From the NCBI GenBank assembly GCA_964548195.1, contig CAZJQC010000004.1, positions 17,403 through 81,402 of the forward strand: a stretch of DNA of 64,000 nt, read 5' to 3'. The translations under genes and the position numbers were made by a program. This document shows, piece by piece, positions 1 to 9,124 of the stretch (position 1 is the stretch's first letter; each line of letters begins with the position of its first letter). The DNA is from an uncultured bacterium. Its GTDB lineage: Bacteria > Macinerneyibacteriota > Macinerneyibacteria > Macinerneyibacteriales > DSCS01. The notes under the pieces are model-generated. The model made no database searches. It was not told the origin of the DNA and was given only the letters and a program-made list of their open reading frames with translations.

Positions 1-13
1 TATTATTTTCCAT
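1..13 (-). CDS. 5' end of a gene running off the left edge (MENN...)
   Basis: Minus strand GGAGGT-aat-ATG GAA AAT AAT, with TTGACA(111-106)-16-TATATT(89-84) upstream. Confidence 0.5.
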
Positions 14-56
14 ATTACCTCCCGTTCAATGAAGCCGGGCCGTGGCCGCATCGAGG

Positions 57-82
57 CTTATGTAAAGTGCGCTTTACATAAG
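57..82. promoter_or_regulatory. Perfect 11-4-11 palindrome, probable repressor operator
   Basis: CTTATGTAAAG-tgcg-CTTTACATAAG directly downstream of the minus-strand -10 box. Confidence 0.6.
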
Positions 83-200
83 TAATATACCGCCATTTTT
101 TTAAATGTCAAGGGGGCTTTACATTTTATTTATATTTTTTTTACATCGTTTTGAATTGAAGTTATTTTTTTATTTGTTAATATTATGGCTGGGAGGTATT

Positions 201-668
201 ATGAAAAAAGGATATACATTGCTTGAGCTTATGTTTGTCATTGTGATCATTGCCGTCTTGCTCGGTTTCGGGGTGACCGTTTATCTGGGTTATATCAGGG
301 ATGCCGAATATGCGTCAGTCAAGAGGACAATGGACTCCGTGATCATGTTTGAAAAGACCACCAAAACAAAATTTGACGAATTCCTTTATACCTATGGCAG
401 CTATGAATTGAATAATGAGTTTATGAATACTTGGATGGAAAATGCCGCGGCGGACCCGGAATATTCGAAGATGGGGCAGATGCTTATACTTGATATTGAG
501 CCGGCCGTGAGCCAAAACTGGAAGCTGACGGTCGACCGTGACGGCACTCCCCTGAATGGAGATCCCTGGAACTGCACAGGCTATATATTGAGGGCCGAAA
601 AAAGGACTGACCCCGAAAGGTTTGTGGAGTATGCTTATTTGACAGGCATCTGGAATGAAAACCGGTGA
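201..668 (+). CDS. Type IV pilin-like / prepilin N-terminal cleavage-methylation protein
   Basis: MKKG|YTLLELMFVIVIIAVL class III signal with E5; GGAGG SD before ATG 201. Confidence 0.85.
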   Translation: MKKGYTLLELMFVIVIIAVLLGFGVTVYLGYIRDAEYASVKRTMDSVIMFEKTTKTKFDEFLYTYGSYELNNEFMNTWMENAAADPEYSKMGQMLILDIEPAVSQNWKLTVDRDGTPLNGDPWNCTGYILRAEKRTDPERFVEYAYLTGIWNENR

Positions 669-671
669 CGT

Positions 672-1043
672 ATGGGAAAGATCAGGGGCATAGGCGGCAT
701 CTTTTTTAAATGCGATGATCATAAAGCGACCATGGACTGGTATGAGCATGTGCTGGGACTGGATGTCAGGGATGAGACCGCCTTTATACTGAAAGGGAGC
801 GGACCGGGGCCGGGATATCAGGTGCTCGGTTATTTTGACGGAGACGACGATTATTTTGCTCCCTCTGATGAGAACTTCATGCTCAATCTCAGCGTGGATG
901 ACCTGGAGGGATTTGTCTCCGATCTGAGGGGGAGAGGCGTCGACATCATCGGTGGGATATCCTGTTTTGACCAGGGCAAGTTCGCCTGGATACTTGATCC
1001 GGACGGCCGCAAGATAGAGTTGTGGGAGCCTGTCGGGGAGTGA
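672..1043 (+). CDS. VOC / glyoxalase family protein
   Basis: GIGGIFFK, NLSVDDL, GKFAWILDPDGRKIELWEP. Confidence 0.9.
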   Translation: MGKIRGIGGIFFKCDDHKATMDWYEHVLGLDVRDETAFILKGSGPGPGYQVLGYFDGDDDYFAPSDENFMLNLSVDDLEGFVSDLRGRGVDIIGGISCFDQGKFAWILDPDGRKIELWEPVGE

Positions 1044-1097
1044 AGAACACTTTAGACCGCGGTGATGATCTCTGAGTTTTCAAAAAAGGGGCGGGGT

Positions 1098-1892
1098 ATG
1101 AGAGGCGGAAAGACCTTCATGGAATATATGAGCTCCGTGGAGGGACTGACACTTATAGGCGAGGTCTCAACGGGCTGTTCATTAAGCAGGGTGATGCGCG
1201 TCCGGTCAAAAGGAACAGACTTTTTTCTGAAATATTCCGATGATAGCGAAGAATCAGCGCGCATATTGCGTGAATGCCGGGTGTTTGAGGAGATGAGCGG
1301 GAAACTCCCCCTGCCGCGGCTTCGCTCATACGGGACATACAACAATATGACATATATGTTAACACATGGCGTATCAGGGAAAAGCGCCGCGGAATTATGC
1401 AAAGAATACGAGCCGGAGAGGATGATGATGCTTTTGTGCGCTGCCATGGCAGGCCTGCATTCCGTGGATATCTCACATTGCCCCATCATCAACGACCTTG
1501 ATAAAAAGCTCTTTCTTGCCCGCGAACGGATGTTGCGCGGGGCGGTGGATGAAAGTGATTTCGACAAAAAGAGGCAGGGTATGTCGGCACGGGAAATATT
1601 TGTTCTTCTTCTGAAAAACCGGCCTGAGCATGAAGACAGCGTCTTTACACACGGCGATTTCTGTCTCCCCAATATCATGTTCGATGCCGCCGGCAATGTT
1701 GTTTTCATTGATATGGGAGGTGCGGGCATTGCCTGCAGATATCAGGATATTGCCCTTATGCTGAGGAGTTTTCAATATAACTACGGCATAGTCGCATACG
1801 AGACCGTGGCTGAGATGTTTGAAAAACATGCCGCCATCCAAATCGACGCGGGGCTTGTTGAATACTATCAGGCTCTGGATGAGATGTTCTGA
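1098..1892 (+). CDS. Aminoglycoside 3'-phosphotransferase family protein (start uncertain, 1062/1098/1119)
   Basis: FLK, HGDFCLPNI, FIDMG, RYQDIAL, C-terminal YYQALDEMF. Confidence 0.85.
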   Translation: MRGGKTFMEYMSSVEGLTLIGEVSTGCSLSRVMRVRSKGTDFFLKYSDDSEESARILRECRVFEEMSGKLPLPRLRSYGTYNNMTYMLTHGVSGKSAAELCKEYEPERMMMLLCAAMAGLHSVDISHCPIINDLDKKLFLARERMLRGAVDESDFDKKRQGMSAREIFVLLLKNRPEHEDSVFTHGDFCLPNIMFDAAGNVVFIDMGGAGIACRYQDIALMLRSFQYNYGIVAYETVAEMFEKHAAIQIDAGLVEYYQALDEMF

Positions 1893-1900
1893 GGTGTTGT

Positions 1901-2791
1901 ATGTATGAAAACGTCCTGACAAGTGTTAAAAAAAAAGCGAGGCCGCTTGAGGCGGCCAGAGCGGAATATCTGCTGACGGGAAACGCGCGAGACGTCGTTT
2001 CGATACTAAAAAACTATCAGAATGAGGACGGCGGTTTCGGACACGGGCTGGAACCCGATTTTGAGATGCCGTTTTCAAGTCCCGTTGCCACATGGTCGGC
2101 TTTCGGGACCATGAGGGAAATAGGATATGAGCATTGCGCTGTCACGGCTGAGAGGGCGGCTGTATTCCTGAAAAACGTTTTCGATGAAGGTGAGATGCGC
2201 TGGTATGCGGCCGATGTGCGGGTCAATGACCATCCCCATACGCCATGGTGGCATCATGATGAAAAGAGCGGGCGATGCCCCATAGACGCTTCAAAAGGAA
2301 ATCCTTCCGCCGCATTGACCGCATATCTGTATGACGTGCCCGATGCCGCGGGCCTGGACCCGGAGAGGATCAGCGACAGTCTTGTCGACTATTTCATTGA
2401 GAAGAAAGACTACAGCTCGGAACATGAGACCTATTGTTTTATAGACCTTTGGGAAAGGCTTTCGGGAAATAAAAAAAGACGGTTGGGAAAAGCCATATCG
2501 GAGGCCGTGTCTCAGCTGGTGACGTATGATCCGTCGGAATGGGCGGACTACAGGCCTTCGCCCCTGAAATTCGTCCGTTCACCCAAAGGCCCGTTCTGGG
2601 GCGTTGATGAAAACGGATTGCGAAGGGAGCTGCAGCTGATTCGACATATATTGGAAAAGGGGGAGCTGATCAAGCCGAACTGGCCGGGCGAAGTGTATGA
2701 AGATGGCTATCGCGGACGCGCCCTGTCTGCCTGGGAAGGCATACTTACGGTCAATGCATTGTCGGTTATGAAAAAGTTCTCCGGCTTTTAA
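1901..2791 (+). CDS. Conserved hypothetical protein, prenyltransferase/squalene-cyclase-repeat-like
   Basis: YQNEDGGFGHGLEPD QW-like repeat; HPHTPWW. Confidence 0.65.
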   Translation: MYENVLTSVKKKARPLEAARAEYLLTGNARDVVSILKNYQNEDGGFGHGLEPDFEMPFSSPVATWSAFGTMREIGYEHCAVTAERAAVFLKNVFDEGEMRWYAADVRVNDHPHTPWWHHDEKSGRCPIDASKGNPSAALTAYLYDVPDAAGLDPERISDSLVDYFIEKKDYSSEHETYCFIDLWERLSGNKKRRLGKAISEAVSQLVTYDPSEWADYRPSPLKFVRSPKGPFWGVDENGLRRELQLIRHILEKGELIKPNWPGEVYEDGYRGRALSAWEGILTVNALSVMKKFSGF

Positions 2792-3578
2792 CCCCTCTTT
2801 TTCCGTAATATGCGAACAGCATTATCAGGGCCGTTATCACCTGTATTAGAGTCCTGACGGGCTTGACTTCGTTGGGAAGCTCCGCAATCTCCCCATAAAA
2901 GTTTATGGCGAAATGGAAGAGCACACCCGCCAGTATGCTTTTGCGGTTGTTATGGTAAAGCCATTCCATGATGATGGTCGCCGGGTAGAATGCGACGATA
3001 AAGTCCGCGAGGTAAAGGGGTGAATCCGAAAGAAGGGTGCTTTGATATGTTCCGTCAATAAAGAACATGGGCAGATGCCATAGGGCCCAGACGGTGGCCA
3101 GCAGAAAGCCTGACCTGATCCTGCCGCCTCCTTTTTCAAGCCTGTCAAGCGCATATCCTCTCCAGCCGATCTCTTCCGCCAAAGGCCCGAAGACAAGGGT
3201 GAAGAGGGTAAAAGATAAAAGGGAAAGGGGGCTATTTACAGCGGGATCAAGTGTAAGACTGACGGTATTCCCCGTAAACAGACTGAGTGCAAGCCCCGCG
3301 GCAACGGCCGAGAAGGGTATAAACAATAATATGACGGCATAACCCGAAGCATCTATGAGTCTGAAATCCGTAAGCCTTTTGAAAAAGTTTTTTCGTTCCG
3401 CCGTGGAGTATTCCCTGAACATATATATCAGTCCGAACATGGTGGGACTGATGCCTGCCAGGGCGAAGGCGGCCTTTCCGCAAAAAGTGTCGTATCCCAG
3501 CAGATACACCGCAAGAAGCAAAAGCCATGAGAAAAGCAGCACTGAAACAAAAAAGCGGACAAGAGATTTGTTTGTCAT
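2766..3578 (-). CDS. CPBP (CAAX/Abi) intramembrane metalloprotease
   Basis: AEEIGWRGY, WALWHLP, FHFAIN; multiple TM helices; GGAGG SD before ATG 3578. Confidence 0.9.
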   Translation of the reverse strand: MTNKSLVRFFVSVLLFSWLLLLAVYLLGYDTFCGKAAFALAGISPTMFGLIYMFREYSTAERKNFFKRLTDFRLIDASGYAVILLFIPFSAVAAGLALSLFTGNTVSLTLDPAVNSPLSLLSFTLFTLVFGPLAEEIGWRGYALDRLEKGGGRIRSGFLLATVWALWHLPMFFIDGTYQSTLLSDSPLYLADFIVAFYPATIIMEWLYHNNRKSILAGVLFHFAINFYGEIAELPNEVKPVRTLIQVITALIMLFAYYGKRGVKSRRTFS

Positions 3579-3669
3579 CATCCTCCCTTTCAAAACGAAT
3601 ACATACCCTTTTATTATATATAAACTAATTATATGTTGAATAAATTTTTTCAGGGCATAGAATATTTTT

Positions 3670-4260
3670 ATGAAGGGCGCCGTATTGAGACGTATAAATC
3701 TTGAAGAACTTGAGGTCTCCGCATGGAGCGGGGGCACCACGTCACAGGTGCTGATCTGGCCTGAAGGGGCTTGTCTTTCAAAGCGGGACTTTCTCTTCCG
3801 CGTCTCGACAGCGGTCATAGACAGTCCCGAATCTTATTTTTCTGATTTTAGCGGTTTTGAAAGGATACTTTTTTCCCTGGAAGGCGTCTTTACACTTGAG
3901 TCAGGGGGCGAAAAGACCGTACTCAGTCCCGGTGACAAGTACCGCTTTTCGGGTTCGGACAAGATACACAGCAGCGGCCGCGGCAGGGATTTCAATCTGA
4001 TTTTCAAAAATGGGGTCCGGGCCCGGGCCGACGCATGCGCCGGGGTGAAGCCGTTGATACTTGAATCGGGGCATGTTCATATTATTTTTCCGTTTTCAGA
4101 GAGACAGCCGCTGACGCTGCGTCACATGGAAAAGGAATATTCCGGGGGTATCTTTGTATTAAAAGATCCCGACAGTGATATCATGGTCGAGGTGTCCGGC
4201 GGCGGATTTATCCATGCCGCTATAGACGTGGAACACCTGCCGGATGGTGCCGGATCATGA
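3670..4260 (+). CDS. HutD/Ves family cupin protein
   Basis: WSGGTT, FRVSTA, FSDFSGFER, DFNL. Confidence 0.85.
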   Translation: MKGAVLRRINLEELEVSAWSGGTTSQVLIWPEGACLSKRDFLFRVSTAVIDSPESYFSDFSGFERILFSLEGVFTLESGGEKTVLSPGDKYRFSGSDKIHSSGRGRDFNLIFKNGVRARADACAGVKPLILESGHVHIIFPFSERQPLTLRHMEKEYSGGIFVLKDPDSDIMVEVSGGGFIHAAIDVEHLPDGAGS

Positions 4261-6330
4261 TCTTTTTACATGCTGTATTCTCATGGAATTAAACACTGCT
4301 ATCAGCGCGACCCCGATGTCTGCGAAAACGGCTTCCCACATAGTGGCTTCGCCCAGTGCCCCCGAAGCGAGGAAAAACAGTTTTACGGAGAGGGCGAATA
4401 TGATGTTCTCTCGTATGATGTTTTTTGTCTTATGAGCTATCTTCAACGCTTTCGGTATGAGTGAAAGATCGTCGTCTATAAGGACTATGTCAGATGTCTC
4501 TATGGCTGCGTCTGTTCCAGTGGCCCCCATTGATATACCGATGTCCGAACGCATGAGGACGGGCGCGTCATTTATTCCGTCGCCCGCGAATGCGGTGAAT
4601 CCGGGGCTTTCGGCCATTATTTCCTCAAGTCTTTCGACCTTTTCCGCCGGGGAAAGAGATGAATGGAAACGGCCGATACCGGCGGCAGCGGCTATTTCCT
4701 GCGCCGGGTAATGGCTGTCTCCCGTGAGCATCACCATGTCCGTTATGGCCGAACGGCGCAGTTCTTCCACCATTGCCGCAGCTTTGTCGCGTATGGTGTC
4801 TCCCACTGTGATGAATCCCGCATAAATCCCGTTTACAGCCACATGCGCCACCGTGCCTCCGATCTCGCATGTGTCGTGTTCAATATCTTTAAGATGCAGC
4901 AGTTTGTCGTTTCCGACAAGCACGGTCTTTCCAGAGACGTCGCTTTGTATGCCCATGCCGGGGAAAGCCTTGTGTCCGGCCGCGGCAGCGGCTTTATGGA
5001 TTCCCGCGTGAGCCCGTATGGAGAGGGCGATCGGATGTCTTGAATCCGCTTCGGCCCGGGCGGCGTAGTCCAGCAACTGTCCGGAAGTGAACCCGTTGCG
5101 GGGTACGATATCTTTTACTTTGAACTCTCCTTTTGTGAGGGTGCCGGTCTTGTCAAAGACGATGGTCTTAAGGCGGGTAAGACGGTCGAGTATGTCGGAT
5201 CCCTTTATCAGTATGCCTGATGCGGAGGATGCTCCGATACCCCCGAAATACCCCAGCGGTATGCTTATTACCAAAGCGCAGGGGCATGATATGACAAGCA
5301 TCACAAGCGCTCTGTACACCCATTCGTCAAGTGACGCTCCGGGTATGAAGAGAGGGGGGATAAATGCAATAAAAAGTGCTGAAAATACCACCGCCGGGGT
5401 GTAATATTTTGAAAAACGGGTGATAAACCTTTCCGTGCGCGCTTTTTTCAGAGAGGCGTTTTCCACCAGCTCCATGATCCTGGATATTGAAGATTCCGCA
5501 AGTCTTTTTTCGACTTTTACGATGATAGACGAGTCGTTCACGATATGTCCTGAAAAGACCTGCTCTCCCTCGGAGACTTTGACGGGCTTGTGCTCTCCCG
5601 TTGTGGCGGAGCCGTCCACATATGACATGCCCTTTATCACGGTCCCGTCGAGGGGTATGCGTTCGCCCGGCCGCACCAGTATGATGTCACCGGGCATCAC
5701 CGATTCCGCCGGCACGGACGAGGGGTTTCCGTCGGCGTCAAGCAGCAGAGCCGTGTCCGGCCTGAGCTCCATCAGCGACCGCACGGATTTTCTTGACCTG
5801 TTCAGCGCCATCGACTGAAAATACTCCCCTATTGAATAGAATACCATCACGCCCGCGGCTTCGGGAAGCTCGCCTATGATTATGGCGCCTGCCGTCGAAA
5901 CGGTCATGAGAAAATTTTCATCGAACAGTCTGGCTCCGGCAAGGTTGCGTATGGCTTTCAGTATGACGGAATGGCCTGCCGTCAGAAATGCGGATATGAA
6001 CAATGCGGAAGAGATATGTGACGGAATGGCGAAAGAGGGGATGGAAGATAAAAAGCCCAGGATTGCCAGCATCAGCGCGACGGCCGGAAATCTTGTCTTT
6101 TCGGCATGATCGTGGTCGTCATGTGAAGATCGGGGCTTTGAGACCTCCACATCCGGTTCGATCTTTTTTATAGCCCTCTTTACCGAATCCATGTCATCCG
6201 TGTCGATCTCCATGGTAAGAGAGGCGAAATCTATGGAGACGGAACGCACATCATCAAGACCCGCAAGCCTCTTTTCAAGGCTAAGGGCGCAGTTTGCGCA
6301 GTCGAGGTTTTTTAAGATGTATTTATCCAT
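4255..6330 (-). CDS. cadA: Zn/Cd/Pb-exporting P1B-type ATPase
   Basis: N-terminal LDCANC, His-rich linker, TGE, CPC, DKTGT, HP, GDGINDAP. Confidence 0.95.
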   Translation of the reverse strand: MDKYILKNLDCANCALSLEKRLAGLDDVRSVSIDFASLTMEIDTDDMDSVKRAIKKIEPDVEVSKPRSSHDDHDHAEKTRFPAVALMLAILGFLSSIPSFAIPSHISSALFISAFLTAGHSVILKAIRNLAGARLFDENFLMTVSTAGAIIIGELPEAAGVMVFYSIGEYFQSMALNRSRKSVRSLMELRPDTALLLDADGNPSSVPAESVMPGDIILVRPGERIPLDGTVIKGMSYVDGSATTGEHKPVKVSEGEQVFSGHIVNDSSIIVKVEKRLAESSISRIMELVENASLKKARTERFITRFSKYYTPAVVFSALFIAFIPPLFIPGASLDEWVYRALVMLVISCPCALVISIPLGYFGGIGASSASGILIKGSDILDRLTRLKTIVFDKTGTLTKGEFKVKDIVPRNGFTSGQLLDYAARAEADSRHPIALSIRAHAGIHKAAAAAGHKAFPGMGIQSDVSGKTVLVGNDKLLHLKDIEHDTCEIGGTVAHVAVNGIYAGFITVGDTIRDKAAAMVEELRRSAITDMVMLTGDSHYPAQEIAAAAGIGRFHSSLSPAEKVERLEEIMAESPGFTAFAGDGINDAPVLMRSDIGISMGATGTDAAIETSDIVLIDDDLSLIPKALKIAHKTKNIIRENIIFALSVKLFFLASGALGEATMWEAVFADIGVALIAVFNSMRIQHVKRS

Positions 6331-6700
6331 TTTTATTTGCCTCTCCATATTCGGTTATATGCTCTGTCCCCGTCTCCAGTATGGAACGGACATGGTCGTC
6401 GTCCAGGGAATAGAAGACGGATTTCCCCGACTTTCTGAATCTGACGATCCTTTCCCTTTTCAGCATGCTGAGCTGATGTGATATGGATGACTGGCTCATG
6501 TCAAGTATGTAGGATATATCGCAGACACAGAGTTCATGTTCTTTTATAAGATACAGTATTTTTATACGTGTCGGATCGCCGAATACTTTGAAAAACTCGG
6601 CGGTATTGTTTGATACGGATACATCCGGAAGCGACGCGGCCGCTTTTTCCGCGTTTTCTTTGTGTACGCATCTGTGCAGGCATAGTGATATGTCTTCCAT
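6323..6700 (-). CDS. ArsR/SmtB family metalloregulator (CadC/ZiaR-like)
   Basis: DPTRIKIL, ELCVCD, SQSSISHQL, DDDH...EHITE; AGGAGG SD. Confidence 0.92.
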   Translation of the reverse strand: MEDISLCLHRCVHKENAEKAAASLPDVSVSNNTAEFFKVFGDPTRIKILYLIKEHELCVCDISYILDMSQSSISHQLSMLKRERIVRFRKSGKSVFYSLDDDHVRSILETGTEHITEYGEANKNG

Positions 6701-6714
6701 GGCTCCTCCTATGA

Positions 6715-6766
6715 ACATATGAGCAATCGTTCATATGTATTTTAGAGGAGGCGCGGATTTTGTCAA
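6715..6766 (-). promoter_or_regulatory. Sigma70 promoter with SmtB/CzrA-type operator
   Basis: TTGACA(6766-6761)-16-TAAAAT(6744-6739), then inverted repeat ACATATGAGC-aatc-GTTCATATGT (6715-6738). Confidence 0.8.
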
Positions 6767-6774
6767 TGGGAAAA

Positions 6775-9123
6775 TCAAAGTCTCTGTTCGGTGCGCTCCA
6801 TGATCTCGTCCTGCAGGTCCTTGCTCAGATTATTGAAATAATCACTGTATCCGGCGACACGGACGATCAGGTTTTTATACGCTTCCGGATTTTTCTGTGC
6901 GTCTGCCAGCGTCTTTCGGTCTATTACATTAAACTGTATGTGATGGCCGTTCAGCCGGAAATATGAGCGTATGAGCGAAGCCAGGTTTTTGATGCCGCTG
7001 TCGTCTTTAAGGTTGTCCGGCGCGAACTTCTGATTGAGCAGAGTGCCGCCCGTGATCAAATGGTCCATTTTGGAGGCAGATAAAAGAACCGCCGTGGGCC
7101 CTTTTCTGTCACCGTTCTTCGAAGGCGATATTCCGTCCGGCAGCGGTTCAAATGCCTTGCGTCCGTCCGGAGTGGCTCCCGTCACCGAGCCGAAATAGAT
7201 ATGGCAGGTAGTGGGCAGCATGTTTATCCTGCATTCGCCGCCCCTTATGTTCTTTTTTCCGGTCACTGCATTATAAAATAACATGAAGGCCCGGGACATG
7301 ATCCCGTCGGCGTAGTCGTCATCATTGCCGTATTTCGGGGTATGTTCGGTCACATACCTGTATATGTCTCCCCGCGTTGTGAAATTGTCTTTCAGGGATG
7401 CGGTCAGTTCGTCCATGGAAAATCTTTTTTTATCATATACGTTGTATTTTATGGAACTCAGGGAATCCGCGACATTTCCGATCCCCACCCCCTGTATATA
7501 ATCCACATTATACCTGGCTCCGCCGGCGTTGTAGTCCCTGCCGTTTGCGACACAGTCGTCTATGACAAGTGAAAGGAACGGTACCGGCAGGTGTTTGCCG
7601 TACAGCTCTCCTATCACTCTGTTGCCCGCGATCTTTATATCCGTAAAAAAGACGATCTGTTTTTCATAGGCGGACATAAGCTCTTCAAATGTGTTGAGAT
7701 CTCCGGGTCCCCCCGTTTCCGGGCCCAGCCTGACGCCGGACAACGGATCCGTTCCGTTATTTAACGTGATCTCCAGTATCTTGGACAGATTGAGATACCC
7801 GGTCAGTATATAGGCTTCATGCCCGAAGCATCCGGTTTCCACACAGCCGCTTGCGCCTCCGAGGCGGGCGTCTTCAAGGGTCTTGCCTGCGTTCAGCAGT
7901 TCCGATATTATCGCTTCCGTATTGTAAAATGCAGGCTGTCCCCATCCCTTTGAGGCTATTTCGCAGGCTTTGTGAAGAAATGCGTCGGGGGTCTTCGCGC
8001 TGATCTGCACGTTTGAGTTCGGCTGTACCAGTCTCATCTCATCGGTGACCTCGAGAATCATATGGCTCACGTCGTTCACTCCGTCTTCGCCGTCCGGGGT
8101 TATGCCTCCTGTATTTATATTGGCAAAATCGGTGTAAGTGGAGCTTTCCTTCATGGTGATGCCCACCTTGGGGGGCGCGGGCTGATTGTGAAACTTGATC
8201 CACAGATGTTTCAGTATTTCCCTGGCGTCCTTATAGCTGAGCGTGCCCGCTTTTTCCTCGGCGCGATAGAATCCGATCAGATGCTGGTCCAGTCTGCCGG
8301 GGCTGAACGCGTCCCAGATATTAAGCTCTGTAGTGACGCCTACATGGACAAACCAGTACATCTGAACGGCCTGATGAAAATTGCGTGGCGCATGCGCCGG
8401 CACCACGGAACAGTTTCGCGCGATGAGGCCGTATATTTCTCTGAGTCCGGGATCCTGTTCCTCTTCTGCAAGTCTTTGAGCCAGGTCGCCGTAGCGCCGG
8501 CCGTAGACCATCATTGCGTCGCAGACCGTTTCCATGGCTTGAAGCTCTTCCAGTGCGTCGGCATCGCCACTGTGTTTTTCCATCGAACACCGTATCTGTT
8601 CTTTTATGTCCAGCATGCCGTTTTTGTATATCTTGTCTCCCGCCACCGTGTGGCCGGGACCCCGTTGTTCCATGAACTCGGTGAAGATGCCGTTCTCATA
8701 ACATGCTTTCCAGCTGTCCGTCATGGCGGCAAATATCCTGCTTCGCATGTCCATGCCGTCAAAGAGAGGGGCGATGTCTTTTCTGTAATGTTCCCGGTCA
8801 TGCGCTGATATTGTGAAGCCCACTTCCTTGCGGCCGCTTATGATGTCGAAATCATCGTCCGAATATACGGTTAGCTCGGGAAAGACCGGCGCGGATTGGG
8901 GGCGTTCGCCTTTTTCACCCGCGATAAGTTCACCCGGATGTATGTAGAGGCTGCGCTTGGCCATAAAATTGTAAAATGCCTTTGCCCGCAGCATGGGCGC
9001 TGATACTTTTCCCTGAAACTCACGGTATGCCTCTGCATAAAGGGCGGCTCTTTCCACCGACAAAGAGGGTTTCTCTGATAAGCTGATCCTTTTCAGTCTG
9101 TCCGTATATATACCGTAATCCAT
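6775..9123 (-). CDS. hypD: Glycyl radical enzyme, trans-4-hydroxy-L-proline dehydratase
   Basis: GPGHTV, ELNIWDAF, ESSTYTDF, SGCVE, LTGY, MLPTTCH, RVAGY. Confidence 0.88.
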   Translation of the reverse strand: MDYGIYTDRLKRISLSEKPSLSVERAALYAEAYREFQGKVSAPMLRAKAFYNFMAKRSLYIHPGELIAGEKGERPQSAPVFPELTVYSDDDFDIISGRKEVGFTISAHDREHYRKDIAPLFDGMDMRSRIFAAMTDSWKACYENGIFTEFMEQRGPGHTVAGDKIYKNGMLDIKEQIRCSMEKHSGDADALEELQAMETVCDAMMVYGRRYGDLAQRLAEEEQDPGLREIYGLIARNCSVVPAHAPRNFHQAVQMYWFVHVGVTTELNIWDAFSPGRLDQHLIGFYRAEEKAGTLSYKDAREILKHLWIKFHNQPAPPKVGITMKESSTYTDFANINTGGITPDGEDGVNDVSHMILEVTDEMRLVQPNSNVQISAKTPDAFLHKACEIASKGWGQPAFYNTEAIISELLNAGKTLEDARLGGASGCVETGCFGHEAYILTGYLNLSKILEITLNNGTDPLSGVRLGPETGGPGDLNTFEELMSAYEKQIVFFTDIKIAGNRVIGELYGKHLPVPFLSLVIDDCVANGRDYNAGGARYNVDYIQGVGIGNVADSLSSIKYNVYDKKRFSMDELTASLKDNFTTRGDIYRYVTEHTPKYGNDDDYADGIMSRAFMLFYNAVTGKKNIRGGECRINMLPTTCHIYFGSVTGATPDGRKAFEPLPDGISPSKNGDRKGPTAVLLSASKMDHLITGGTLLNQKFAPDNLKDDSGIKNLASLIRSYFRLNGHHIQFNVIDRKTLADAQKNPEAYKNLIVRVAGYSDYFNNLSKDLQDEIMERTEQRL

Positions 9124-9124
9124 A

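Noticed and set aside
105..200. Upstream extensions in the ORF track (105, 3818, 12243, 37328, 55900, 60943)
   Set aside because: SD position, promoters and family N-termini support the downstream starts used here.
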